Source: an uncultured Clostridia bacterium
Lineage (GTDB): Bacteria > Bacillota > Clostridia > TANB77 > CAG-508
Direction: 5' to 3'
Assembly (NCBI GenBank): GCA_949948835.1
Contig: CATLHF010000005.1
Span: 30,245 to 94,244, forward strand
Length of the DNA stretch: 64,000 nt
The translations under genes were made by a program, and so were the position numbers. The notes under the pieces are model-generated. The model did not search any database, had not been told where the DNA came from, and worked only from the letters and a program-made list of their open reading frames with translations. Shown here in pieces: positions 41,530-52,637 of this stretch. Position 1 is the first letter of the stretch, and every line of letters begins with the position of its first letter.

Positions 41530-43408
41530 TTATAATTCAATCTCATGATATGGAATATTTTTTTCTCGTAATATATCTTTTTCCCTATCTGTACAAGTTA
41601 GCATTAGAATTTGACGGTCTTTATATTCTGTATGTAAAAATTCTAGTATGTTTTCTAATCGTTCTTTATCGTAATAAGCAAATGCTTCGTCTAAGATAAT
41701 TGGTAATGGTTCATTTGAAATCTGTGTTCCTGCACCTAGTCTTAGCGATAAATATAATTGGTCTATGGTTCCAATACTTAAATAGTCTACTGGAATATAA
41801 TCTCCATTTTCAATTTCTACAATTAATCCATCTTTTTCATCTAACTTTATATTTGTATATTTTCCATTTGATATATTTTGCATAATTTCGGATAATTTAT
41901 TGGTAAATTTAGGGGTTACTTTTTTCTTCATTTGAACATATGCTTTTTCTAATTCCTGTTTTGCAAGTTCAATTGCTTCATTTTGAAGCATTAGCGCTTG
42001 ATATTCTTCCTCTAGTTTTGCATATTCTTCTTCTAAATTAGCAAGTGTTTCTAACTTTGGTAAGATATTACTTTTATCTAGTCCAATACTTTGAATTTTT
42101 AATTTGTTTTCACCTATTTTATTGTTTGCTACTTCTATTTCAATACTTGCTTGCCTTTTGGATAATAATTCATCTATTGTTTTGATTGGAATAATACCAA
42201 TATAGGCATTTCGAATTTTTTCGATTTCTTCTTTATAGCTTATTTCCGATTGTTTCGATAGTTCTTCTTGTTCTTTTTGTAGTGTTTTTATTGTTTCTTT
42301 CATAACTTCTATTTGTGCTACTACTTTTTGGTTATCTACACTTTGTGATTCTTTCTTACTATGAAATGCAACCTTTTTCTTGTATTGTGTATAACCTAGG
42401 TAAATCATGCTGAGCGTAGTAAGTACAATACTAATAGCACTTATGATATCATTTTTAATTACCATAACTGATAATATCGTAAATAACATTAGTACTATTA
42501 ATGTTATTAGTTGTATCATGTCATATTTACTATTTTTTTCTTCGTTTGAAGTATGTTTTTTTGAATAGGTCATTTCGTCTATTTTTCTTTTGTATTCTTT
42601 TACTGTGTTTTGGTTAATTTTTATTTTCTCTTGTTGTAATGAATATGTATCTTCCACTTTTTTAAGTTCTCTTAACACTTCAATATTCATTTGTTGTTGT
42701 TTAATTTCTTCTTCTAGTTGTTTCTTATTTTCCTCTATATCATATTTTTTCTCTACAAATTGGTTTAAATATTCTTTTTCTTCTGCAATTTCATTAAGTC
42801 TTTTTGAAACTAGATTAATAGGTCTATCTTGGCTTCTTCCGTGTTCCAACTTCTTCTAATTGTCTTTTATTTAGTTTGTTTACTATCTTTTGGTAAGATA
42901 GATTGTCTTCTCCTGTGCTTACTAGGTTCGATAATTTTTGTAACAATGATGTCTGTTCTTTTCCTTCTAATTTTGTTTCGTTTTGCAAAGATATAATAGT
43001 AGAAGTAAATAGTTCTTCTTCTACTCCTGTTTGGTCAGTAAAGAAACAATTTCCTATCGTTTTATCGATGGTAAAATTCTTTGATATTTCTTCTAAATTT
43101 TGGTTATAGATTTTAGGAGATTTCTTTTTAAATTCGCGAAATACTTCATATGTTTCTCCATTTTCTAATTGATAATTTATTTTTCCGGAGAAGTCGCCTT
43201 CCTGCCATGGGGTATATTTTTCGTAATCCGTATAGTTTTTTCCGTTTTTGTTTTTGGATAGGCCATAAAACATGGATAATATGAATTTAAGTAGAGTAGA
43301 TTTTCCACTCTCGTTTTTTCCGTAAATGATGTTTATGTGGTCTTTTAGCATAATTTCTCTATTTTTTAGTTTTCCAAATTGATTTATTTTTAGGGTTTTA
43401 AGTTTCAT
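41530..43408 (-). pseudogene. sbcC: SbcC/Rad50-like ATPase subunit of the SbcCD nuclease. Frame interrupted at an in-frame CGG (42839-42841).
   Basis: The N-terminal ORF carries Walker A GKNESGKST. The C-terminal ORF has a coiled coil and the signature/Walker B ILDEAFAYYD. Skipping the C joins ...EEVGT-GRSQDRPINLVSKRL... Confidence 0.7.
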
Positions 43409-43421
43409 GGTGACCTCCTTT

Positions 43422-44489
43422 CTACATAGCTTCTAGTCCAATTTCGATTGCTTTTAAAATTTGTGCTTCGTTTTCGGGTGTTTTTTGTTGTAACAAGTTT
43501 CTTACGAAAATGCCTTTTAAACTCTCTTCTTTTGCTACTTTTTCTAAATCTATTTTTAGTGTTGTTTGATCTTTTATTTTTATGATGTTTTTGATTGTTA
43601 CATATTTTAAAATTTCTAGTGGCTCGATTTCAAAGTTTCGTTTTCCAGTTAAGATGATTTTATAATAGCTACTTTCACTCCAATTTTGTGCATTGATTGT
43701 TTCAATTAGTTCTTCTTTTGATAGGATATTATCTACTTCTAAGCTTATTTCTTTAAATTCTTTTTTATCTACTGGAACAAATGCAATTTCTAGTTTTTTC
43801 GTTTCATCAATGTTTCCTACTATCATGCCATGGCTACCTAGTTCGTCAAACCCTAATGCTATGGTGGAACCTGGATAGATAATTTTTTGATTTTGTTCTT
43901 TATTAAAATATGGTTTATGAATATGTCCTAACGCAATATAATCAAATTCTAATTGTTTTAGTTCTTGTTCTTTCATTGGATTATATTCTCTTAATTCATC
44001 TGCCCCTCCATCCATGGAACCATGTGTTAATAGAATATTAATTTTATCTGGATTTTCAGTTTTTATTTCCTTTATTTTAGTATTCTTCATATAGAAATTA
44101 TCAAATCCATATCCATAAATATCAACATCTTCTTCTGAAATTTTTTGAATTTCAGTATCAAAGATAAAAACATTTTCATTCCAATTAAATTTTGCATAAT
44201 ATGAATTTTTTATTTTTGGATCATGATTTCCTGGAACGATATATATTTTTGTATTTGGAATTTCTTTAAAACCATTATTGATATATTCAATGGTACTTTG
44301 TCTTACATATTCATGTTCATATAAATCCCCACAAACAAAAAAATAATCAATTTCATTTTGTTTAATATATTCAATAATTTTATGAAATACTTCTCTTTGG
44401 TCTAATCTTCTTTGATTTCCTAAATCATGTTGGTTTAATACACTAAATGGTGCATCAAAATGCATATCGGCAATATGGACAAAATTCAT
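43422..44489 (-). CDS. sbcD: SbcD/Mre11-like nuclease subunit (calcineurin-like phosphoesterase).
   Basis: MNFVHIADMHFD, GDLYEH, GNHD, GHIH phosphoesterase motifs. Confidence 0.85.
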   Translation of the reverse strand: MNFVHIADMHFDAPFSVLNQHDLGNQRRLDQREVFHKIIEYIKQNEIDYFFVCGDLYEHEYVRQSTIEYINNGFKEIPNTKIYIVPGNHDPKIKNSYYAKFNWNENVFIFDTEIQKISEEDVDIYGYGFDNFYMKNTKIKEIKTENPDKINILLTHGSMDGGADELREYNPMKEQELKQLEFDYIALGHIHKPYFNKEQNQKIIYPGSTIALGFDELGSHGMIVGNIDETKKLEIAFVPVDKKEFKEISLEVDNILSKEELIETINAQNWSESSYYKIILTGKRNFEIEPLEILKYVTIKNIIKIKDQTTLKIDLEKVAKEESLKGIFVRNLLQQKTPENEAQILKAIEIGLEAM

Positions 44490-44549
44490 ATGTTTTCTCC
44501 TTTTTCTTGTTATTTCTTTGTTATTATATATTTTTTTCCAAAAAAAGTC

Positions 44550-44592
44550 AATTTAGGGACAGGGGTGATTTTTACCCCCGTCCCTAAAATCA
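44550..44592. repeat. GC-rich palindromic intergenic repeat, copy 2.
   Basis: TTAGGGACAGGGGT-gattttt-ACCCCCGTCCCTAAAATCATC directly after the T4CP stop codon. Confidence 0.55.
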
Positions 44593-44594
44593 TC

Positions 44595-46608
44595 TTAATT
44601 ATTATCATCTAATGGACCAAATAGTTCATCAAATTTTGCTTCTAGTTCTTTTTGTAAGTCGATGTCTAATTCGTCATCTTCGGATTCTTGTGGTAGAATT
44701 GGTGCTTGTTTTTCTTGTGTTAGTGGTTCTGTTTTTAATTCATTAAATCCATTTTCTTCTTTTTTGGTTTCTGGTTTTATTTCCTCTTGTGGCTCCTCAA
44801 ACAAGTCATCTAATGATTCTACTTTTAAGTTTTCTACTTGCTTTTTCTTGTCGTCTTCTTCTACATATGGATTATATGGATTGTATTTTCTCCATACTCC
44901 TCTATCAATTTCTGAAATATCATTATGAGAAATTGCATGGGTAGCTAATTTTTTAGCCATCATTGTTTCAAAATAGTAGAATTTTCTTTCTTGAATTGGT
45001 TTTACTCCCTTTTCAAAAATGATACATAAATCATTATTCATTCTACGAAGCTCGTCTGGTGTCATAAGCGCTCTTGCCATTACTTGATCTGATACACTTT
45101 GTCCTTGTCTCCAGTTATGCTTGTCTTTATTAACTGAAATGCTTTCTCTATCGATTGTTTTTTCTCCTAATGCTTTTGAAAAATATTCTACTGTTTTTTG
45201 TGAGTTACTTCCCAAGAATACATGGGTATCACAGTTTCCAATGATTGTTTCATAAGATTTTTCATATACTGCCTCTAGTTGGTCTAAATTTTGTAAGATA
45301 ACACTAAAAGATATTTTTCTACTTCTACTGGTTGAAATTTTTTTATCGAAATCTGGTATTTTACCAATGTTTGCAAACTCGTCTAAGATGAAGAAGGTTT
45401 GTACTGGTAAAGCTCCTCCATTTTTGTCTGCAAAATCATATAATTGTTGTATCATTTGTGAGAAGAATATGGTTAATAAGAAGTCATATGCTGTATGAGT
45501 ATCAGATGAGATAACATATAGTGCTGTCTTCTTTTTTGCAATTTCTTCAAAATCGATGGTATCAGTTGATGTTAGTTCTGCAATTTCTTTGGAATCAAAT
45601 TTACCTAATTTTGATTGTAGTGATGATAAAATTGATCCATAGGTTTTTTCTGGTGCAATTTCAATGGATTTGTAGTTTGTTCTTGCTGGGTGGTCATATG
45701 GAAGTTGGTTCATAAGTTCTGTTAATAAGTTACTTCCTCCATTAGCATTAGCAGCTCTTACTAATTCTGCACAGCTTGCTAAGTTTTGTTCTGCCTCTGG
45801 TCTTGTTGCAATTAGGTAATAGATTAATGCTTTTAATAGCATTTCTGCCATATCATCCCAGTATGGTTCTGCGCCTGCTCCACCTTCTGATTTTTGTCCT
45901 TTTACAATGGTGTTTGCAATAACATCAACATCTAATTCGCTTGAAATATGCATTAATGGGTTGTATCCATCACTTAAGTTTGGTCGTACTAAGTTTAATA
46001 CTTTAATTTCATATCCATTGTCTCGTAAGTATCCTGCTGTTTTATCATATAATTCCCCTTTTGGATCTGTAAAGATATAAGAACCTAATTGTTGATATGC
46101 ATTTGGTATTGAGTATGATGCACTCTTACCAGAACCTGATCCGTCCAACAACTAATACGTTTACGTTTCCTCTTTTATCTAATGGTAAGTAATTGTTCTG
46201 AGCTAATATAATTCCTTTTTTGTTACTTAAAACTCTATATTGTTCTCCATTTTTTGACCAGTCACTAGAACCATGTTCAATATCTGAAAATTCATGTTTT
46301 GGTGCTGTTTTAATTAATCCTACTAACACGAAAATCGCATACAAGATAGTAAATTTAAATAGTGTTGAACCATAAGTTCCAAGATATCCTGGGGTAAATG
46401 TTTTTCCAATAACTGTTCCTAAATTTGTAAAAGCATCTGCAATTCCTCCAATAAATTGATCAACCATAAATTGTCCGTTTATGGTTGCATTTGCAATTGC
46501 ATAACTAATAGGCATAACAAATACTATGGATAGGATAATCCATAGTATGATAAATATAATAAAATTATTTTTATTTCTTCTAATTGCACCTTCTACTTTA
46601 TAGTTCAT
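44595..46608 (-). pseudogene. VirD4/TraG-like type IV secretion coupling protein (conjugative T4CP). Frame interrupted at an in-frame CGG (46141-46143) in the Walker A region.
   Basis: The N-terminal ORF has TM helices and ends NVLVVG-R. The C-terminal ORF begins ...SGSGKSAS (P-loop) and has a T4CP-like body. Skipping the C gives VLVVGGSGSGKS. Confidence 0.6.
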
Positions 46609-46631
46609 AAGGTTTCACCTCTTCTTTGGTA

Positions 46632-46949
46632 TTATCGGTCCATCTCAGCAATCTTTTTAACAAATTCTGCTTCAGATATTTTTCTGCCTTGTTCTATTCT
46701 ACTATCTCTTGCAAGTTTCATGATGTCAAAATTTGCTTTTCCAGCTTTCCCATCATATTTTCTTCTTGCTATTTTCTTATCTTCATCAAATTCACAAGTA
46801 TGTACACTTGCATCTGTTATGTTTAAAGGATTTTTTAATACATCTCCCTCTCCCATAATTACTCCACATGCTAATTCTAAGTCTTTTGCTCCGCTAACAA
46901 TTATCATTGATGCTGGTCCTGGATTATTCTCTACATTTGTAGTATTCAT
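46632..46949 (-). CDS. Hypothetical small protein co-oriented with the T4CP (possible conjugative-element accessory protein).
   Basis: 105-aa ORF immediately upstream of the T4CP. Family not recognised. Confidence 0.35.
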   Translation of the reverse strand: MNTTNVENNPGPASMIIVSGAKDLELACGVIMGEGDVLKNPLNITDASVHTCEFDEDKKIARRKYDGKAGKANFDIMKLARDSRIEQGRKISEAEFVKKIAEMDR

Positions 46950-46967
46950 TAATTACCTCTCCCTTTT

Positions 46968-47492
46968 CTAATCTTCTTTCTTATCTCTTATTTCAAATGC
47001 AAAATATGGCTTATTTGCTTTTAATTTGCATTTTCCTTTTACTTCATTGGTTTCTTCATCAAGGTAAACAATTGGCTTGACTTCTTCTGTAGTTTCTGGA
47101 TCTATAATTGATATCGGTCTTTCTAAATTTGGTGTATATTTAAATTCTCTATATACCGATTCATCTTCCGAATAAATTGTGTCGAATTTTAGTGGCATTG
47201 GTTTTTTTGATATTGTTATTTTTGTTCCTTCTAATAAGGCCATATTAACTACTACTTTCTCTTTACCAAATGATAATATAACCAGTTGATCATAATCATC
47301 TGATGGATTATCCACAAAAAACGTCTTTTGTTTTAATTCTCCTCGTAGTTCTTCGGTAAAGTCTAATCTTTGAACTGTGTACTTCGGACAATCTTCTAAA
47401 AATTCTTTTCCTGTTTTATTAATTTGATAAATTACTGTGTTTACATTTTTTGGGTCTGTTATGCTAAAATGTTTTCCCTGCCATGTTTCCAT
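46968..47492 (-). CDS. Hypothetical protein (174 aa) co-oriented with the T4CP (possibly PcfB-like).
   Basis: ORF track only. Gene order resembles the accessory-T4CP modules of Firmicute conjugative elements. Confidence 0.35.
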   Translation of the reverse strand: METWQGKHFSITDPKNVNTVIYQINKTGKEFLEDCPKYTVQRLDFTEELRGELKQKTFFVDNPSDDYDQLVILSFGKEKVVVNMALLEGTKITISKKPMPLKFDTIYSEDESVYREFKYTPNLERPISIIDPETTEEVKPIVYLDEETNEVKGKCKLKANKPYFAFEIRDKKED

Positions 47493-47611
47493 ATATTACA
47501 CCCCTCTTTTTCCTTTTATCCTATGTATAGTAGTCCGTTTTTTATACCACTAAACATAATTATACCTTCTTTTATGCTAAATGTCAATACATTTGTGCCT
47601 AAATTTTATGT

Positions 47612-48526
47612 TTACTTATTTTTCGTTCTAGGATTAAAGTTTGATATTTCTTTTAGTTTTTCATATAGTTCTTTTTCTTCATCCGTTAACTGTTTTGGAA
47701 CCATAATTTTGATGGTAGCTGTTAAATCTCCTCTTCCGCCTTTTCCGTCTTTATACCCTTTTCCTGGTATACGTAGTTTTTCTCCACTTTCAATTCCTGC
47801 TGGTATGTATACTGAAACCGTATCATCGATTCCTTCTAAATTTACTCTTGTTCCAAGAGCTGCTTCCCATGGAGTTAAGTTTAAATGTGTATATAAATCA
47901 TATCCTACTAATTCGAACTTACTATTTGGTTCAATTTGAATTTTGATAAATAAATCTCCATTTTTTCCTCCAAATTGTCCTGCCTTTCCTTGTCCAATTA
48001 ATCGAATCTTTTCATTATTTCGTATTCCTGCTGGTACCTTAATATCAAAAGTTTTCATTTTTCCATCTACTGTTCTTAAGGATATTTTTTTATTTAATCC
48101 ATAAAAAGCTTCTTCGATTGAAATCGATATTGCAGTTTCTATATTTTCTCCTTTTATTGGAGGATTTTTTTTGCTTTTTTTAGTAGTAGACTCTTCTTCT
48201 TTATTTTCTTCCTCTCCAAAGAACATATGGAAAAAGTCACTAAATACATCATTTTTATTACGCTTACTTTCTTCATAAACTTGTTTTTTTCTTCTATTTC
48301 CAATACGGCTTACCCACATTCTATCATATTTTCTTCTTGCAGTAGCATCTGATAAAACACGGTACGCTTCGTTTATATCTTTAAATCTTTCTTCTGATAA
48401 TCTATTCCCAACATTCACATCCGGATGATATTTTTTGGCTTGTTCACGATAAGCTTGCTTAATTTCATCTGTTGTTATTTTATTGGTTTCTAGTCCTAAT
48501 ATTTTATAATAATCTTTAAAAATCAT
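47612..48526 (-). CDS. J-domain protein (DnaJ/CbpA-like, no zinc finger). The true start is probably MIFKDYYKILGL.
   Basis: J-domain DYYKILGL...YHPDVN with a DnaJ C-terminal domain. RBS GGGAGG 8 nt upstream of the internal ATG at 48524-48526. Confidence 0.7.
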   Translation of the reverse strand: MIFKDYYKILGLETNKITTDEIKQAYREQAKKYHPDVNVGNRLSEERFKDINEAYRVLSDATARRKYDRMWVSRIGNRRKKQVYEESKRNKNDVFSDFFHMFFGEEENKEEESTTKKSKKNPPIKGENIETAISISIEEAFYGLNKKISLRTVDGKMKTFDIKVPAGIRNNEKIRLIGQGKAGQFGGKNGDLFIKIQIEPNSKFELVGYDLYTHLNLTPWEAALGTRVNLEGIDDTVSVYIPAGIESGEKLRIPGKGYKDGKGGRGDLTATIKIMVPKQLTDEEKELYEKLKEISNFNPRTKNK

Positions 48527-48690
48527 TTCAACATCCTCCCATATAAATGGTAGGTTTATTATATCAAGATTGTCCTTATATTTCAATAGAAGAGTATGAA
48601 AAAGTGCAATTTGAAATTTTATATGAATTATGTTATAATGTTATTATCGCAAGAAAGCATCGTAATAAACAACTAAGGAGGACATTGCCA

Positions 48691-48888
48691 ATGAGCGAGA
48701 AAGAAGATTTAATAAAAATAGAACACGCTTTAGACGAAGCATTAGAGCACATTTTAGCAGGTGAGGCTATCGAGGATATTAATCGTTCTGATGAAGACGA
48801 AGAAGATTTTGATATAAAATTTCATTTTCATGATGAAAAAACCGAAGATGCCTTGATGCAAGAATTATTAAATCTCATTCCATTTTAA
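48691..48888 (+). CDS. Small acidic protein (66 aa, hypothetical).
   Basis: RBS AAGGAGG before MSEKEDLIKIEH. Highly acidic. A terminator follows. Confidence 0.4.
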   Translation: MSEKEDLIKIEHALDEALEHILAGEAIEDINRSDEDEEDFDIKFHFHDEKTEDALMQELLNLIPF

Positions 48889-48889
48889 A

Positions 48890-48925
48890 AAAGAACAATC
48901 AAACTGATTGTTCTTTTTCTTTATT
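48890..48925. terminator. Bidirectional terminator.
   Basis: AGAACAATCA-aac-TGATTGTTCT followed by TTTTTCTTT. Confidence 0.6.
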
Positions 48926-49304
48926 TTATTGTTATTTCAATTTCATTTTCATAGCTTTGGGTTTCTTCGATTGAAATTTCATATTTTAAATGAACTTTTT
49001 TTATTGTATCTTTTTCCTTTATCACTTCCATATAATTTGTTAAAATGCTCATATTCAAATTGCCATATTCCGTTTGAATCATACCTTTCGTGGTTTTCCC
49101 TAATTCGAATGTCATCGCTTGATTTTGATTTTTCATAAGGATTTTGTTTTCTAAAATTGTCATATGATATTGTAATGGTTCCTTTGGAATCCTCCACAAA
49201 AGAATCGTTCCTTTTTCATGTTTTTCAATCGTTACCATTCCCCTTTGTTTTATGCTTTCTTTTCTTCCATCCATCGTTTGTACTGATTTTATTTCTATTT
49301 CCAT
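48921..49304 (-). CDS. Hypothetical protein (127 aa, possibly a DUF1934-like beta-barrel).
   Basis: ORF track. The overlapping 72-aa ORF in another frame is judged spurious. Confidence 0.4.
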   Translation of the reverse strand: MEIEIKSVQTMDGRKESIKQRGMVTIEKHEKGTILLWRIPKEPLQYHMTILENKILMKNQNQAMTFELGKTTKGMIQTEYGNLNMSILTNYMEVIKEKDTIKKVHLKYEISIEETQSYENEIEITIK

Positions 49305-49317
49305 ATTTCTTTTCCTT

Positions 49318-50385
49318 TTATTTTTTCATTTCTAATTGTATTAATCTATCTAAAAGTTCTGGATAAGTAATTCCTATTTGTTCAAATAATTTTGGATACA
49401 TACTTATGGTTGTAAACCCTGGCAATGTGTTTATTTCATTAACGTATATTTTGTTTGTCTTATTTTCTACAAAGAAATCAACTCTAGATAATCCTTTTCC
49501 ATCAATTGCTTTAAATGCTTTTATTGCCAAATCTCGAATTTCATTTGAGATTTCTTTATCAATATCTGCTGGAATAACGGTTTTTGATTCTTGATTTGTA
49601 TATTTTGCATCAAAACTGTAAAAGTCTTCTGCTGATAACACTTCTCCTACTGGCGAAGAAATAACTTCATCATTTCCTAATACAGCACATTCCACTTCTC
49701 TTCCTAAAATGCCTTGTTCTACTAAAATTTTTGTATCAAATTTAGCAGCATATTGAATTGCCTCTTCTAATTCCTTTTGGTTCATTGCTTTTTTAACGCC
49801 AACACTAGAGCCAGAATTGGATGGTTTTACAAACATTGGATAACAAAGGGTTGCATCAATTTTTTCTACTATATTGGATAATCCCATTTTTTTCTCATCA
49901 AAGTTTGGCTCTACATAAGTATATTCGTTATTGTTTACTTTCAAGTATACATGTTTTGTTTGTGGAATTCCTGCTTTTTCAAAAATTATTTTAGCATATA
50001 CTTTATCCATTCCTACGCTAGATGCTAATATTCCACATCCAACATAAGGAAGATTTAACATTTTAAATAGCCCTTGAATACTTCCATCTTCTCCTCCTAA
50101 TCCATGTAGTACAGGAAATGCAATATCTACTTGTTTTAAGTATTCTATGATGTTATCTACTGGTTTTAATTCTTCTAATTTGGTTCCAATTGTAATTACT
50201 TTTATCTCTTCTACTGGTTTTGTATATACATACCATTCTCCATCTGTATGAATATAAGTTGGATAAATTTCATATTGATCCTTATTTAGCTTTTCGATAA
50301 CAGAGGTTCCAGATACAACCGATACATCGTGTTCTGTTGATATTCCTCCAAAAATAACAGCAACTTTTGTTTTGCTCATTTTCAT
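49318..50385 (-). CDS. ddl: D-alanine--D-alanine ligase.
   Basis: ATP-grasp motifs, N-terminus KVAVIFGGISTEHDVS, C-terminus EINTLPGFT. Confidence 0.9.
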   Translation of the reverse strand: MKMSKTKVAVIFGGISTEHDVSVVSGTSVIEKLNKDQYEIYPTYIHTDGEWYVYTKPVEEIKVITIGTKLEELKPVDNIIEYLKQVDIAFPVLHGLGGEDGSIQGLFKMLNLPYVGCGILASSVGMDKVYAKIIFEKAGIPQTKHVYLKVNNNEYTYVEPNFDEKKMGLSNIVEKIDATLCYPMFVKPSNSGSSVGVKKAMNQKELEEAIQYAAKFDTKILVEQGILGREVECAVLGNDEVISSPVGEVLSAEDFYSFDAKYTNQESKTVIPADIDKEISNEIRDLAIKAFKAIDGKGLSRVDFFVENKTNKIYVNEINTLPGFTTISMYPKLFEQIGITYPELLDRLIQLEMKK

Positions 50386-50445
50386 TCCTCCTTAATTTGG
50401 TTTGTATTTTTGAACAAATTGGTGAGAGCGTCCCCCCTACATTGG

Positions 50446-51831
50446 TTATTGGATTGCTTCTAGTATTTTTTTAAAGTTCATTCCATTAGATGCTTTTAAT
50501 AAAATAGCATCTCCTTTTTTTGATTGTTCTTTTATTAAATCAATTGCTTCTTCTACCATTTTTAATTCATAAATTTGATCTTTCCTCATTCCTTCTGCAA
50601 TTGCTTGTTTTACGATATATTTTGATTCTTCTCCAACAGTTACCAACATATCAATTTTATCTTTTGCAACTTCCATTCCTACTTTTTCGTGTAGTTCTTT
50701 TGAATATTCTCCTAATTCTAACATATCACCTAAAACAGCAATTTTTCGTCCCACATTCATTCTAGAAAGTGCTTCGATACTTGCTTTCATAGAGTCAAAA
50801 TTTGCATTATAGCAATCATTGATAATTTTTACTCCATTGGCATTTTCGATAATTTCCATTCTGCTTTTGGAAAGCTCAAATTTTTGAATTCCTTTTAAGA
50901 TGTTTTCCTTCGAAATGTTTAATGTTGTTCCAACGCAAATCGCACATAAGGCATTATAAACAAAATGAATTCCGCTTACTGGAACGTTTACTTCTGCTTT
51001 TTCATGATTTATATTGCTTACAAAAGTACTACCATATTCCTTTAAATTAATATCTCCTGCCATTTGCTTACTTTGATTTTCAATTCCAAAATCTAACACT
51101 TGGTAGGTCTTGTTTTTTTCTTTCCATTTATGTAATAAGTCGTTATCATTATTAAAGATAACCGTCCCGTTTTTAGATAGCCCCTCTAATATTTCTAGTT
51201 TTGCTTTTAAAATATTTTCTCTCGAGCCAAGATTCCCAATATGAGCAGTTCCCACATTGGTAATAACACATACTGTAGGTTTTGCAATATTGGTTAATAC
51301 GCTTAGTTCTCCAAAATGGTTCATTCCCATTTCTACGACTAATGCAGTATGGTCTTTTAAGCCTAATATGGTAAGCGGTACTCCAATATGGTTATTATAG
51401 TTTCCCTCTGTTTTTTGTACATGATAAGAGGTTGCTACAACACTTGCAATCATATCTTTTGTACTTGTTTTTCCAACACTACCAGTTATAGCAACCACTG
51501 GTATATTATATAAACTACGCTTATAGGCTGCTAGTTTTTGTAGTGCATGAACGGTATCTTTTACTGTTACAATTGTAATGTTTTCATATTTTTGATAAAT
51601 TTCTTCTTTTATTTCAACATCTTCTAATAAGCAAACACTAGCGCCTTGTTTTATTGCTTCTTCGTAAAAGAAACTTCCATCAAATTTGTCTCCTTTAATG
51701 CCAACATAGACGTCCCCTGATTTTAAGTATCTTGTATCTTTTGAAAAATTCTCACATATTTGTTCTTCATTTCCACAAATTAATGTTCCATTACAAATTT
51801 CTAATATATCTTTTACAGTTAATGGTTTCAT
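50446..51831 (-). CDS. murF: UDP-N-acetylmuramoyl-tripeptide--D-alanyl-D-alanine ligase.
   Basis: Mur ligase motifs AITGSVGKTSTKDM and DCYNAN. Confidence 0.85.
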   Translation of the reverse strand: MKPLTVKDILEICNGTLICGNEEQICENFSKDTRYLKSGDVYVGIKGDKFDGSFFYEEAIKQGASVCLLEDVEIKEEIYQKYENITIVTVKDTVHALQKLAAYKRSLYNIPVVAITGSVGKTSTKDMIASVVATSYHVQKTEGNYNNHIGVPLTILGLKDHTALVVEMGMNHFGELSVLTNIAKPTVCVITNVGTAHIGNLGSRENILKAKLEILEGLSKNGTVIFNNDNDLLHKWKEKNKTYQVLDFGIENQSKQMAGDINLKEYGSTFVSNINHEKAEVNVPVSGIHFVYNALCAICVGTTLNISKENILKGIQKFELSKSRMEIIENANGVKIINDCYNANFDSMKASIEALSRMNVGRKIAVLGDMLELGEYSKELHEKVGMEVAKDKIDMLVTVGEESKYIVKQAIAEGMRKDQIYELKMVEEAIDLIKEQSKKGDAILLKASNGMNFKKILEAIQ

Positions 51832-51854
51832 TTCTTCTCCTCTTCTATTTATAT

Positions 51855-52442
51855 TTAACTTTTTAACTTGCCATTCTTTTTTTTGCTAATTAACTGATTG
51901 ATTAGGTTAATCGTATCTGGATGAATCAAACTATCTTTCTTTAAGCTATACTCTGTCATAAATTTTGCTATATATAATATGCCTTCATCTAGATTATTGT
52001 TACTAATTTCTACTGCTTCTTTTCTATTGATAATGGTTCTTGTTTCGTCCGTTTTATCTGCCACATAAATGATTTTATCCATAGTATTCATATTCACATT
52101 TCCTGTTGTATGATATATAATTGCTTCTACCATATCAGGAGTAAAACCAAATTTTTTAACTGCAATATCAGCTCCTAACTTTGAATGCCATAATCCTGGT
52201 TCTTTTGCTTCTATTTCATCAAACACAATTCCATTTTCTTTTGCATATGTTAACGCCTCTTGTCTTGGCATTTCTTTTGCAATATCATGTACAATTCCGA
52301 TCTTTCTTGCTGTTTCTATATCTTCTCCATAAATACTAGCAAGTTCTACTGCACGTTTTGCGACTCCTTGGGAATGTCGAAAACGTTTTTCGGATATTGT
52401 ATTTTTAACAATTTCCTCAATTTCTTTGTAATTCATTATCAA
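51855..52442 (-). CDS. yqeK: HD-domain bis(5'-nucleosyl)-tetraphosphatase YqeK.
   Basis: HD motif RFRHSQGV...HDIAK...YHTTG. Confidence 0.7.
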   Translation of the reverse strand: MIMNYKEIEEIVKNTISEKRFRHSQGVAKRAVELASIYGEDIETARKIGIVHDIAKEMPRQEALTYAKENGIVFDEIEAKEPGLWHSKLGADIAVKKFGFTPDMVEAIIYHTTGNVNMNTMDKIIYVADKTDETRTIINRKEAVEISNNNLDEGILYIAKFMTEYSLKKDSLIHPDTINLINQLISKKKNGKLKS

Positions 52443-52568
52443 TCACCTTTTTAATTTTTCTTATAGTATATACTTATTTTTTGGATTCGTAAAGGTTTCT
52501 TTATTACTTTTTGTTATAGTATGAAAAAGAAAAGGACATAAATCCCTTTCTTGGTTGTTATATTATAA

Positions 52569-52600
52569 AACCCCGAGATTGTCTCGAGGTTTTATAATAC
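52569..52600 (-). terminator. Terminator after the SASP gene.
   Basis: AAAACCTCGAGACAATCTCGGGGTTTT stem-loop. Confidence 0.5.
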
Positions 52601-52637
52601 AATAAGAAGTGAAAATAATTTCAGTCCTTATTTTTTG

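Noticed and set aside
47100-47220. Apparent 1-nt discrepancies between my hand translation and the ORF-track protein in the 174-aa gene.
   Set aside because: Most likely my own transcription or indexing slips. The ORF-track translation is continuous, so no feature is called from this.
48979-49197. 72-aa ORF overlapping the 127-aa gene in another frame.
   Set aside because: It is fully nested in a longer, more plausible ORF and has no RBS. Judged spurious.
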